Source of the DNA: a virus
Taxonomy: Duplodnaviria; Heunggongvirae; Uroviricota; Caudoviricetes
Reading direction: 5' to 3' (one strand)
IMG/VR virus record: IMGVR_UViG_3300045988_134250
Length of the DNA: 64,000 nucleotides
Of this stretch, positions 8,842-17,252 are shown piece after piece (position 1 is the stretch's first letter; the number at the start of each line of letters is the position of its first letter). The translations under genes and the position numbers were made by a program. The notes below the pieces were generated by a model. The model saw nothing but the letters and a program-made list of their open reading frames with translations, was not told the origin of the DNA and searched no databases.

Positions 8842-10035
8842 TTATGCTTTTTTTACATACGCCATAAACATTTTTTCAGCATGTTCTTGTGGCGTTCCTG
8901 CCATGACAAGCGCATCAATAAACGCCTGCTTCTTCAGTGCGAACTGATCGGCCAGGCGTTGCTGAAGCTCCTTGTTTTTCTGTTTCTCACGTTGCAACGC
9001 CGCTTCTTTTGCTGCCGCCCGTTTTTTCTGTGCGTCTGACAACTTTCTGGCCTTGGTCAGTTGGTCACGTAGCTTGTCAATCTTGCCGTTGTCCTTTGCC
9101 AGTTTTGTGCTTAAAGCGGCCTGGCGCTTCTGATAGAGTCTCCATTCTCGCTTGGCAGCGTCAACGTTCGTTTTACTGCTACGATTGCGATTAAACTCCT
9201 TCTCGTCTTCTTTTGAGAAGTGTTTGGTTGTACGGCGGCGATCGTCACCAAATGCAATTTGCGTTGCAGCCTTTTGTAGTGCACGAGCAATACTCATTTG
9301 CCAACTTGCGGACTGTAACCGCGTCATTGAGTGGATCACGTGTTTACAGGCGACGCCTTGTAGCTTAGGGTTACGAACTTTTGGATAGGCGTATTCTTTT
9401 GGCGGGGCCAGGGCAAAGTTACCCGCAGTAGCGATGTAACGATACCAGTATTGATGACGACCACAGTCACAATCGAAAGACACTCGCCCGGCGCACAGTG
9501 ATTTAGTGATTTTGAGAGCTGATTTATCGTCTTCTGCGATGTCATCGACCATCTGATCCCATTCTTCAAAGCGTATCCGGACGATATGGTGCTGGTGGAC
9601 GGATATATCCGATGCTTCTACGCGGATATTAATCACGTTGTGGCGAAGAGATACGGGGGTAGCTCTTTTGATACCAGATCCGTCATCCACGGCGTTATTT
9701 GCACGCTTAATATCGATTGCCTGGCTGGATGCCACCAGCTGGGCGTATGTGATGCCAGCCGTCTTGCTGTCATATTTTTCGCGTGTTTTACTCCGTAGCT
9801 TTTCGAAACCTTTCAGGTCGTCTCGCGTGAAGAACGTGCCGCCTTTTTTCTTCCCTAACTTGAGAATATCTTCGGCGGATTTGTTCCTCAGTCTACCTGG
9901 CGTCAGCGTCCGGTGAGCTTGTCGGCGCTTACGGGTTTGTTCTTTCCTGATAAGCTCGAATATACGCGTGAAGTCCTTAGAGGACAGACCGTCAGTGATA
10001 TAGCGCCCGTCCTGGTTTTTCAGGAAATCAGGCAT
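8842..10035 (-). CDS. SWIM-type zinc-finger protein with lysine-rich coiled-coil C-terminus
   Basis: 397 aa; CxC-x(n)-CxH arrangement FDCDCGRHQ...GVACKHVIH; C-terminal K/R/E/Q-rich tail. Confidence 0.5.
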   Translation of the reverse strand: MPDFLKNQDGRYITDGLSSKDFTRIFELIRKEQTRKRRQAHRTLTPGRLRNKSAEDILKLGKKKGGTFFTRDDLKGFEKLRSKTREKYDSKTAGITYAQLVASSQAIDIKRANNAVDDGSGIKRATPVSLRHNVINIRVEASDISVHQHHIVRIRFEEWDQMVDDIAEDDKSALKITKSLCAGRVSFDCDCGRHQYWYRYIATAGNFALAPPKEYAYPKVRNPKLQGVACKHVIHSMTRLQSASWQMSIARALQKAATQIAFGDDRRRTTKHFSKEDEKEFNRNRSSKTNVDAAKREWRLYQKRQAALSTKLAKDNGKIDKLRDQLTKARKLSDAQKKRAAAKEAALQREKQKNKELQQRLADQFALKKQAFIDALVMAGTPQEHAEKMFMAYVKKA

Positions 10036-10357
10036 TTTCTATCTCCGGTTCCGCGCTTGCGTAATCACGGATCTTGTTCCTCAGCCATGCCACATCAGGA
10101 AGAGTTAACGTGGTCCCTGCGGGCATTTCTTCCATTTCTGACTCATGGCCCACCAGCACCCGGAATACCCAGCGCAAATCTGCATTGCCATACGCCCGGT
10201 AGGCTGCAAGGTCTGAACGATATACTTCATCAATCTTTATCGTGTACTGGAAATTATCAGAGTGATACTCCGATACCCGCTTAATCATTTCCTGGTGAAA
10301 CAGCGCACGAAAAATATCGTCTTCAATGTACCTGTCGTCGAGTCTGCTATAGCCCAT
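10028..10357 (-). CDS. Hypothetical protein
   Basis: 109-aa ORF overlapping the start of the downstream ORF by 8 nt (coupled). Confidence 0.45.
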   Translation of the reverse strand: MGYSRLDDRYIEDDIFRALFHQEMIKRVSEYHSDNFQYTIKIDEVYRSDLAAYRAYGNADLRWVFRVLVGHESEMEEMPAGTTLTLPDVAWLRNKIRDYASAEPEIENA

Positions 10358-10550
10358 AACAAAGCCTCTCAGTCATAACCTGGGGGAAACTGTATGCAGG
10401 GTGTGAAATGTGAGAAACAGACAGGCCACCAGTTCAGGGGGATGTGGTTCATAAATCCCCTCACTGGTGACAAGTGACTTTCATTAATCTTTGTGCGGGG
10501 GCCAGCTTCATTTGCTGGCATTAGATTAAAAATTAAACGGAGTGAATGAC

Positions 10551-10685
10551 ATGGATGTTATATTCGAATTATTAATGCTAATTGATCTGTTTATGAACGC
10601 TTCATTGACCACTCAAATACTCGCGTCAATATTTTTGTTACTCTTCTACCTGGTATTGAGGGAGTTAACAAAGCTACTAATGTGA
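10551..10685 (+). CDS. Small hydrophobic peptide (44 aa), candidate membrane toxin-like ORF
   Basis: ATG 10551 preceded by RBS ggagtg; translation MDVIFELLMLIDLFMNASLTTQILASIFLLLFYLVLRELTKLLM; below the 60-aa cutoff of the ORF track. Confidence 0.3.
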   Translation: MDVIFELLMLIDLFMNASLTTQILASIFLLLFYLVLRELTKLLM

Positions 10686-11339
10686 TCAAAGTATCACGGT
10701 ATCTTCATCAACTTCTTTCCCAGTCAGCGACTTTGGCTGGGAGGTGCCTGCTTTAACTTTTTCATGCCCAATAATGGACAGGAACGAAGCGAGTATGCCT
10801 GTTTTTTGCTCTTTCTCGACTGTACCGGTCATCTGCTCTACGTAATCCGCACTGGCAACATTGTGGTATACGGTCGCGTAGCAACACAGGATCATCAAAA
10901 TATGTTCCGGCCTAATATCCTGCCAGTTCACCCGGTAAACTTCTTCTCCGTTACCGTTGTATTCGGTGTCAACGATGGAGTCGGGAATTTCGAAAGCACC
11001 TTTATTGTTTTGCGGCAGGGATAATAGCTTCTGGAGTTTTAGCTCTCTGTATCTTTCCATCCCTACGATGATCGCAGCTCTGCCGTCGGCATGACGTGTC
11101 TTGAGTGTTACCTGGCTTGCTCCGGTGCCAGCGGAGATCGTTGGCGTAATTTCGTCTACCAGCACCTTAAATTTGCTTTTCCGCAGGGCTGCTATAGCTG
11201 GAGGAATCTTTTGCTTTTGTTCCAATGCTGACGCGGGAAGGGGTTTTACTTCGTTAATCACGAGAGCACCGTCTTTCAGTATTGCAGTGAGCATTTGCGG
11301 TTTGCTGGTGGTCAGGCTGAATATTGCTATCTTCTCCAT
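10686..11339 (-). CDS. Hypothetical protein
   Basis: ORF-track 10686..11381 (GTG); in-frame ATG at 11339 has strong RBS ggaggaagg, giving 217 aa starting MEKIAIFSL. Confidence 0.5.
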   Translation of the reverse strand: MEKIAIFSLTTSKPQMLTAILKDGALVINEVKPLPASALEQKQKIPPAIAALRKSKFKVLVDEITPTISAGTGASQVTLKTRHADGRAAIIVGMERYRELKLQKLLSLPQNNKGAFEIPDSIVDTEYNGNGEEVYRVNWQDIRPEHILMILCCYATVYHNVASADYVEQMTGTVEKEQKTGILASFLSIIGHEKVKAGTSQPKSLTGKEVDEDTVIL

Positions 11340-11607
11340 TGTCCTTCCTCCACGGATGACGGATACAAAAAAAGGCCGCACATGGCGGCCTGCTTTGGCG
11401 TTATGACTCCCTACCGCGCTTCGGCTGAAAGTTAATCGTCAAAAGAACCTTCAACGGGAGCCGTTAGCGCGATGGATTATGTGCAGTTTGTGATTTCCAA
11501 AATAGTGTCAACCACTTTTTGTGGATTTTATTTTTTGACCGAAATTTGGCCTAAATCATGTTGATGTAGTTGATTGTTTTTGTAACATAAAACTTCATTT
11601 TGTTTAC

Positions 11608-12231
11608 ATGAAGGACGGTGTAGTGAAGTTAAGGGTTTTAGGGACCGCGCTCGCGGCTATGTTGGGATGCGTATCTGTTAATACAGCCAATGCAACTGCG
11701 TTACCTGCACAATTCAGGGCAGGGCAGCAGGTTATGAATAACGCTGGTGGGGATCATTCACAAGCGGCAATTATGGACTTTTGCAAGAGAGAGGGCATTC
11801 CATTACGGCCTGTTGGAACTCAGTTTATTGGTAAAACTGACTTTTGCGTTTTTGCATATACAGCATATCTGACGGACAAAGCTATAACAAAAACAGGTTA
11901 TTCAACCAAAGATACTCTTTCCAGATTAAGTCAGGGATGGCAGCAATTCGAAGTGTATCGCCAGCAAGGATTAGGTGAGTTATTACAACCACTTTTTATG
12001 CTTGCGCTGGTGCCCGAGGGGCAGCAATTTTTGGTTAAAAAGGGAATGCTTCGCCAAAGTGATATTGCCGGGTTCGATAGCATGATGGCTTATGAGCGCA
12101 AACTAACCGAGCAGCGAAATAAAAAACCATCTGCTTCATGTGTGCAAAGTAAAACAGCAGAATACAGTGCAGTAGCCGGGCCTTTAGCCAAACAAATGGC
12201 AGAGCAATGGTGTAAAAAATACGGGCAATAA
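11608..12231 (+). CDS. Secreted/periplasmic protein of unknown function
   Basis: 207 aa; N-terminal signal peptide ...LGTALAAMLGCVSVNTANA with AXA site. Confidence 0.5.
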   Translation: MKDGVVKLRVLGTALAAMLGCVSVNTANATALPAQFRAGQQVMNNAGGDHSQAAIMDFCKREGIPLRPVGTQFIGKTDFCVFAYTAYLTDKAITKTGYSTKDTLSRLSQGWQQFEVYRQQGLGELLQPLFMLALVPEGQQFLVKKGMLRQSDIAGFDSMMAYERKLTEQRNKKPSASCVQSKTAEYSAVAGPLAKQMAEQWCKKYGQ

Positions 12232-12251
12232 GTTACGCAGCGGAGGCAGAA

Positions 12252-12644
12252 TTGAAAAGATTGGCTATTGCTTTACTGGCGTCTTTCCCTTTGATCGCGA
12301 GCGCCGGAAATTTACAAGTTAAGTGCGGTAGGTTTGATATAAAAATCTATCCAGATGCCATATTTCTGAATGGGAATAAGGTTGATAACGCACACCGAAA
12401 AACTGAATCTGACGTAATGAGCTATGTGTTCCAGGAGTATGCGGAGATGGGGGGAACTTACACGCTGTACTCGCTGGATGTTCCTTCTCGCGGTGATATG
12501 ACATTATCCCATCAATGGCAGAACGCCGATGGCGAAGCTCTGCGCGAGGTTAAAACAGAAAAATGTGGCACTTTCCATTCTTTTAAAGGGAAAGCGCCAA
12601 ATGTTAAATCTGTGCTTGAAAAACAGCGCGCAGGTGAGCTTTAA
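12252..12644 (+). CDS. Secreted protein of unknown function
   Basis: 130 aa; signal peptide MKRLAIALLASFPLIASA. Confidence 0.5.
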   Translation: MKRLAIALLASFPLIASAGNLQVKCGRFDIKIYPDAIFLNGNKVDNAHRKTESDVMSYVFQEYAEMGGTYTLYSLDVPSRGDMTLSHQWQNADGEALREVKTEKCGTFHSFKGKAPNVKSVLEKQRAGEL

Positions 12645-12952
12645 ACACCTTTAACCACGGAGATGCCGTTCCCTGCACGATAGCGGCGGGGAACGGAATT
12701 CTCCATCAGGTCACGAATTACTCCCGCCTCATGTAGTTCCTCTGTTTCCCAGTATCTGTTTGTCACCAGATCGAGGCTGGCTATGACCTTGTGCCGGTCA
12801 TTAGGCATAGCCAATTTTTCTGCTATAACCATCAGTGAAAACTCTTCATCCAGTAGGATTTGATACCAGACTTTTGACAGTTCCAACTCTCTAATGAGGG
12901 TGAAGCGCCGCTCAAGTGTGGCGGCAGAATAAGTGAAATCTATTTTTTTCAT
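12641..12952 (-). CDS. Hypothetical protein
   Basis: 103-aa ORF downstream of ant-like gene. Confidence 0.4.
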   Translation of the reverse strand: MKKIDFTYSAATLERRFTLIRELELSKVWYQILLDEEFSLMVIAEKLAMPNDRHKVIASLDLVTNRYWETEELHEAGVIRDLMENSVPRRYRAGNGISVVKGV

Positions 12953-13011
12953 CGTGCGGATAATCCGATTATTTGGCAGTTAAATCCCCGGCGTCGCCGG
13001 GGATGCAGCAT

Positions 13012-13953
13012 TTAACTAACAATCCAGTCCATAGCAATAACATCCTCTGGAGCTAAATCAATAGCATGGATTTTCCCGTCACGGATGGTGCGCCAGTGCT
13101 TTCGTGATCCACCTTCGGGCCACACCCATATACCTTCAGGCCAGGAAGAACGACGACACACTGTTGCGTATCCAGTCCTGATCTTCTCTCTGGCGGTATG
13201 TAGTGACAGATTATCCTTTGGGCTTTCAGGCACAGGATGGTGGATTGCCTGAAACATCCCCATCTTTGGATGATACCAGCGTTTATTGCGTGGTTCTGCC
13301 TCCGACATCACCTGCTTAAAGGCTTTCCGGAAGGGGGCAAGGGCCACAATGGAGCGTCGCGCAAGCAAGCCATCGGGGGTCAAAAACTCATGTGTATCGG
13401 TGGGAATCCGGTAAGCGTTGACAAGGTTACGGCATTTGGCTTCAGTCAGGCCACATTTCGCCGCCAGCTGGCGGTAGCCAATGTAGCCTTCCGGCATATT
13501 GCCTTTCTTGATTTGCTCAACGGTTTCAGCGACCCTGGACACTTGTGCCGATACCTCGGCTACCTGGGCATTTACGGCGTTGATCCGGCGTTCATGCTCA
13601 AGATGCATTTGCGCCATTTCAGCCAGGATTTCGGCTTTTGATTTTAACTGTACCCGGGCATTCTCCAGTTCGCGCCAGCGGTCCACCAGCCGGGCGGTAA
13701 ATTCGGGAGAGAGCTGCGCGACGACGACAATACTATCGCGCTTGCCTTGTTCGCCTTCGAAGAAATAGGCTTTTGTGTATTTATTAGGGCTAAGTGATTG
13801 ATTATTCTCAACTGTAGCCAATGGCGTATGTTGGATAACTCCTTTAGCAACAAGTCTTTCGATGCTGCGTTTAACATCAGAGTGACGACTTCCCACCAGT
13901 TCCGCGATCTCAATACTGGTCATTGTCGCTTTTTGAGAGATGGACAGATTCAT
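13012..13953 (-). CDS. ant: Antirepressor-like protein with Rha-type N-terminal domain
   Basis: 313 aa; N-terminal MTSIEIAELVGSRHSDVKRSIERL (Rha/phage regulatory HTH); start overlaps stop of icd-like ORF by 1 nt. Confidence 0.6.
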   Translation of the reverse strand: MNLSISQKATMTSIEIAELVGSRHSDVKRSIERLVAKGVIQHTPLATVENNQSLSPNKYTKAYFFEGEQGKRDSIVVVAQLSPEFTARLVDRWRELENARVQLKSKAEILAEMAQMHLEHERRINAVNAQVAEVSAQVSRVAETVEQIKKGNMPEGYIGYRQLAAKCGLTEAKCRNLVNAYRIPTDTHEFLTPDGLLARRSIVALAPFRKAFKQVMSEAEPRNKRWYHPKMGMFQAIHHPVPESPKDNLSLHTAREKIRTGYATVCRRSSWPEGIWVWPEGGSRKHWRTIRDGKIHAIDLAPEDVIAMDWIVS

Positions 13954-14168
13954 CAGTGCACCTCCACGCAGTTCATCGGCAGATTCCAGTAATTGAGGAT
14001 CTCCATCGCATCAAGAGTGAAGCGAGCAGCAAAAATGCAGGGTTCTTCGGGAAGGTATGAGCGCGCCTCTGCTTCGGTAGCAGCCATGACGCAGATATAC
14101 AGGTGTTTTTGGCAGGAATAGAAACGCCAGATAAATTCAGAATGAGTTGGGGTAGGGATAGTAGCCAT
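13953..14168 (-). CDS. icd: Icd-like small protein
   Basis: 71 aa; RBS aaggagg; conserved EFIWRF.S.QK...AATE.EARS shared with second copy at 53664-53888; coupled to ant. Confidence 0.5.
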   Translation of the reverse strand: MATIPTPTHSEFIWRFYSCQKHLYICVMAATEAEARSYLPEEPCIFAARFTLDAMEILNYWNLPMNCVEVH

Positions 14169-14480
14169 ATTGGCAGCCTCCTTTGACTAAGTTAAGGAGC
14201 TACCGCGTGAGGTTCCAATCTCAATGGCGGTAGCACTGACTGGGTTGGAACTACCGGCGTCAAAGGGAACCGGCCTGCCTTTCGGCAGCCCAGCCAGCAC
14301 TACCATTGATCTCTGAGCTAAACGCTAAGTATGGCTGTGCGATGGCATGACACAAAAAAAGACGCGTTCGGCGTCTGTGTCGCCTTTGACATTATCCGGG
14401 GTTCCAATCCCGGCACCCGTTTTTCTAAGGTGCCGTAGAAATATACCCCACGATAATGCCAGGGCGCAACAGTCAGTATT
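14169..14480 (-). ncRNA. Structured leader / candidate c4-like regulatory RNA region upstream of icd-ant
   Basis: Minus-strand RNA has element CCUUUGAC (plus 14259-14267) complementary to the icd SD region GUCAAAGGAGG (plus 14177-14187), several stem-loops, and an internal terminator. Confidence 0.3.
14354..14375 (-). terminator. Rho-independent terminator within the immI-like leader
   Basis: gacgc-gttcg-gcgtc hairpin (14361-14375) followed on the minus strand by a 7-U run (A-run 14354-14360 on plus). Confidence 0.5.
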
Positions 14481-14648
14481 TTATGCTTTGGCGGATTTCT
14501 TCCTGACTTGCTTGCAGGCGTAGGCCATTGCTTTAGCTTTCACTTCATCCAGCTTCCCGGTGATCACTTCTTTTCCGAGAGTGACAAACCAGTCATAGCA
14601 ACCGCCAGTAATGTTCTTGATTTGAAAGTTGAGGTAGCGAACAGTCAT
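14481..14648 (-). CDS. Small ORF (55 aa) in the immI-like leader
   Basis: ATG 14648 with RBS gggggtg; MTVRYLNFQIKNITGGCYDWFVTLGKEVITGKLDEVKAKAMAYACKQVRKKSAKA; not in ORF track (<60 aa). Confidence 0.3.
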   Translation of the reverse strand: MTVRYLNFQIKNITGGCYDWFVTLGKEVITGKLDEVKAKAMAYACKQVRKKSAKA

Positions 14649-14969
14649 TTTGACACCCCCGGCGCGAGCAAAGAATGCAGATTATCGCGTGAGTGGTGGA
14701 AGACGAGTGATGGGAAAAGACTGTAGTTGTTCATAGTGTTGTGACTCCTTGCTTTCGGAGCCGCCATCGACTGTTCCACGGTCTGGTGGCGGCGCAATAA
14801 AGGCTGGAACACCGTGAGTCAACGGGGGCTTTTCAGCCACCTATATTGCACCGCCATAGGTATGGCGGAGGCAATAATACGAAAAACTAAACAGTTTGTC
14901 TCAAAAAGTTGACCGGTGTGCCAATCGGTAGTGAATGTACATCGGAGAGTTTTTCAATTCAACTTAAAA

Positions 14970-14979
14970 TGTTAGAAAA
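14970..14979 (-). promoter_or_regulatory. TTTTCTAACA motif copy (candidate C1-type operator)
   Basis: plus tgttagaaaa; upstream of the immI-like module 1 leader on the minus strand. Confidence 0.45.
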
Positions 14980-15558
14980 CTAATTTATCAACTCAATCGC
15001 CATCTGATACAACGTCATTTCATCGGCATTGTGCCGCATGAAATCTGCTTTTCCGCCTATTTTTCCGTCAGCATGAACAGGGACCAGCCAGGGATATTGT
15101 TCTCTGACCTCGGCTGGCGCTGCGTACTGGTGGTGCCATTTACACAAAGGGAGGACATATTTATGCGCGTTCTCTGCCGTTCTCCCGAAGATATGGTGCA
15201 GGGATACCACTGGGCTATGTTGCCCGTGAATATGGCAGGCAATGCAGGGGAGAGCACCGATAGCGGTCTGTATCCGGCGTTCATCGGCTGTGAGTGATCT
15301 GCCTTTCAGGCCGCGTGACGTGCGTGTTTTTTTGGACGGAGCGGATACAGCTTTATCTTTTCTCCGCTGTTCATATTGCTTTGCTTTTTCAATTTTCTTT
15401 TGCCGATATTCAGGCGATGCGGCTTTTTCTCTCGCTCGCTGCTGCTGGCGTTGAGCTTGTTGAAGGCGCTTTGCCCTTTGTTCCTCTCGCCAGGCCGGGT
15501 CAGCCAATTTTTGCATGGCTTTTTGTCTCTGTTTCTCCCAATAACTCTGTTTCTGCAT
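14980..15558 (-). CDS. ref: Ref-like HNH nuclease with basic N-terminal domain
   Basis: 192 aa; K/R/Q-rich N-terminus, ADPAWREEQ, then Cys/His motif LPCIACHIHG...SLHHIFG...PLCKWHH, as in P1 Ref as recalled. Confidence 0.5.
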   Translation of the reverse strand: MQKQSYWEKQRQKAMQKLADPAWREEQRAKRLQQAQRQQQRAREKAASPEYRQKKIEKAKQYEQRRKDKAVSAPSKKTRTSRGLKGRSLTADERRIQTAIGALPCIACHIHGQHSPVVSLHHIFGRTAENAHKYVLPLCKWHHQYAAPAEVREQYPWLVPVHADGKIGGKADFMRHNADEMTLYQMAIELIN

Positions 15559-15626
15559 GATGGCAGTCTCTTACTTTTCAACGATTTTTCTATGATTGAT
15601 CAAAATGGTTAGATATTCAAAATTGA

Positions 15627-15636
15627 TTTTCTAACA
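15627..15636 (+). promoter_or_regulatory. TTTTCTAACA motif copy at head of the long rightward operon
   Basis: gattttctaacacaaaac followed by -10-like taatat and RBS ggagga. Confidence 0.45.
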
Positions 15637-15675
15637 CAAAACATTAATATCATTCCTGATAACTGTTTGGAGGAC

Positions 15676-15831
15676 ATGATGCTTATAGCTTTAAGTGCGA
15701 TCCACCAGCCATCTGTGAATGAGATTGGCCTGTTCTATGTGTTGTTTTTCGGGGCGTTGGCGCTACTTGAGCTTGGTATTGAGCTTTTCGCAGTGCTTAT
15801 GTTTTGCGTCACGATTCTGGGGAAATTTTGA
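15676..15831 (+). CDS. Small hydrophobic protein (51 aa), translationally coupled to next gene
   Basis: ATG 15676 after RBS tggaggac; MMLIALSAIHQPSVNEIGLFYVLFFGALALLELGIELFAVLMFCVTILGKF; stop TGA overlaps next ATG (TGATG). Confidence 0.4.
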   Translation: MMLIALSAIHQPSVNEIGLFYVLFFGALALLELGIELFAVLMFCVTILGKF

Positions 15832-16442
15832 TGGTGAAACGTGTTTTGAAAATTTACATCGCGGGGCCGATGACTGGTTATCCAGATTACAACCGTGCGG
15901 CGTTTAATGCGAAAGCGAGCGAGTTGATGGCTGAAGGGCATATCGTTCTGAATCCAGCTATGTTACCTGGTGGCCTTTGTCAGAGTGAATACATGGATAT
16001 TTGCCTGGCAATGGTGCGTTCTGCTGATGCGATCTACTTGCTCAATCGATGGGAAGAATCGGTTGGTGCTCGCGCAGAGCACGCGCTGGCTGAAAAGCTG
16101 GGGCTGACTGTAATTTATGAGTCACCAACCAACATTGAATGCCAGGTTGCTCCGCATATTTACCGGGAACTGGTCAATGCACTGCGTGATATCGCTGCTG
16201 TATATCACGGCACAGAACAGCTTCGTGAGCGTTTAGCCCATACCATTTCCTATTACCTGTCTTTATCTCATGAGCACAAGCTCCGCCAGAAGGTAATGAT
16301 CAAATTTATCATGAGGTTATCGAAATCCCTGGCAAACGCCGATCCAAAGAATCCATTACCGAAAGAGGCAATGAATTACCTGAAGTCCTGCAACGTTGTT
16401 TCTGAAGATGGCGTTCTTTTGGTTAGAAGGAGTTCTGCGTGA
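15831..16442 (+). CDS. DUF4406-like protein (nucleoside 2-deoxyribosyltransferase-like fold)
   Basis: Starts MVKRVLKIYIAGPMTGYPDYNRAAFNAKASEL, pattern typical of DUF4406 as recalled; track start 15804 is upstream non-ATG. Confidence 0.5.
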   Translation: MVKRVLKIYIAGPMTGYPDYNRAAFNAKASELMAEGHIVLNPAMLPGGLCQSEYMDICLAMVRSADAIYLLNRWEESVGARAEHALAEKLGLTVIYESPTNIECQVAPHIYRELVNALRDIAAVYHGTEQLRERLAHTISYYLSLSHEHKLRQKVMIKFIMRLSKSLANADPKNPLPKEAMNYLKSCNVVSEDGVLLVRRSSA

Positions 16443-16756
16443 GCTGGCGGGGATGGGGAAGGGCAGAAATCATGATACTCCGCCAGTGCGCCGGAACTAT
16501 GACGGTCGAGAGTATTGGGAAGCTGATCGGTCGTACCGGTGATGCCGTCAGGACTAAAGCGCGGGAGTTGGGGATCAGCATGATTCTGAAAGGAGACTTT
16601 CATCCGTCAGCCAAATTCCGGCAGAGCGATATAGAACTGGCGCGGCAGCTTCATCAGTGTGGTGTTCCCCGCCGTGAGATCGCGGAAAAACTCGAAATGC
16701 CCCTGGGCATGATTAATCAGTACGTTTATTTCGAAAGGAGAGTACATGAAGTCTGA
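16439..16756 (+). CDS. Small DNA-binding-like protein
   Basis: 105-aa ORF with two HTH-like segments (IGKLIGRTGDAVRTKARELG; CGVPRREIAEKLEM). Confidence 0.45.
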   Translation: MSWRGWGRAEIMILRQCAGTMTVESIGKLIGRTGDAVRTKARELGISMILKGDFHPSAKFRQSDIELARQLHQCGVPRREIAEKLEMPLGMINQYVYFERRVHEV

Positions 16757-17249
16757 AGGTTTAACGCCAGCACAACTGGCAGAGCGTAACGCTGAGTATG
16801 TAACGGAAATTTCCCGACTTGAGAAAGCGTGTGCTGCGCTGGCGGCGGAGAATGCGAGACTGAATGCGATATGTGAGGATCGCCGCACGTTCATTATGAA
16901 TGGCGTGCAGCTTGGCTTTATCAAGGTGCCAACAGTGGAAATAGATCCAGCTCTCGAAACAATTCGTCTCGCCCTATCACCACAAAAAACCACTCCTGCG
17001 ACCGACACTTTCCTGGATGAAGTGAAGACTGAAGCACGCAAGGAGGGCGCTTACTTTGTGGCGAACAGGATGCTGGCTGCTTGGGAAGCTGGTTTTATTG
17101 ATGATACTGCGAAGAACGCCGCGGATATTGCCCGGATGATTCTTACCTCTACTGAGTTTATGGCTAATGCGCGGGAAGGCGATTTTGACCGCTCATTCTC
17201 TGATGGCGTTCTCGAAGATATCGCCGAACAGCTTAGAAAAGGAAGGTAA
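16746..17249 (+). CDS. Coiled-coil protein, member of a paralogous family
   Basis: 167 aa; shares AALAAEN coiled-coil segment and C-terminal ...EGAYFVANRMLAAWEAGFIDD with 21017..21739. Confidence 0.5.
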   Translation: MKSEGLTPAQLAERNAEYVTEISRLEKACAALAAENARLNAICEDRRTFIMNGVQLGFIKVPTVEIDPALETIRLALSPQKTTPATDTFLDEVKTEARKEGAYFVANRMLAAWEAGFIDDTAKNAADIARMILTSTEFMANAREGDFDRSFSDGVLEDIAEQLRKGR

Positions 17250-17252
17250 ACA

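Larger units (their letters stand above)
13012..14168 (-). repeat. immI-like module copy 1 (icd-like + ant-like), paralogous to 52760-53888
   Basis: Long stretches of near-identical DNA, e.g. 13385-13510 vs 53115-53240 and 13668-13725 vs 53378-53435; protein N- and C-terminal regions almost identical. Confidence 0.7.

Noticed and set aside
13237-13913. Antisense ORFs within the ant-like gene (13237..13641, 13499..13768, 13644..13913)
   Set aside because: Overlap a conserved, duplicated coding region in a different frame; no independent support.
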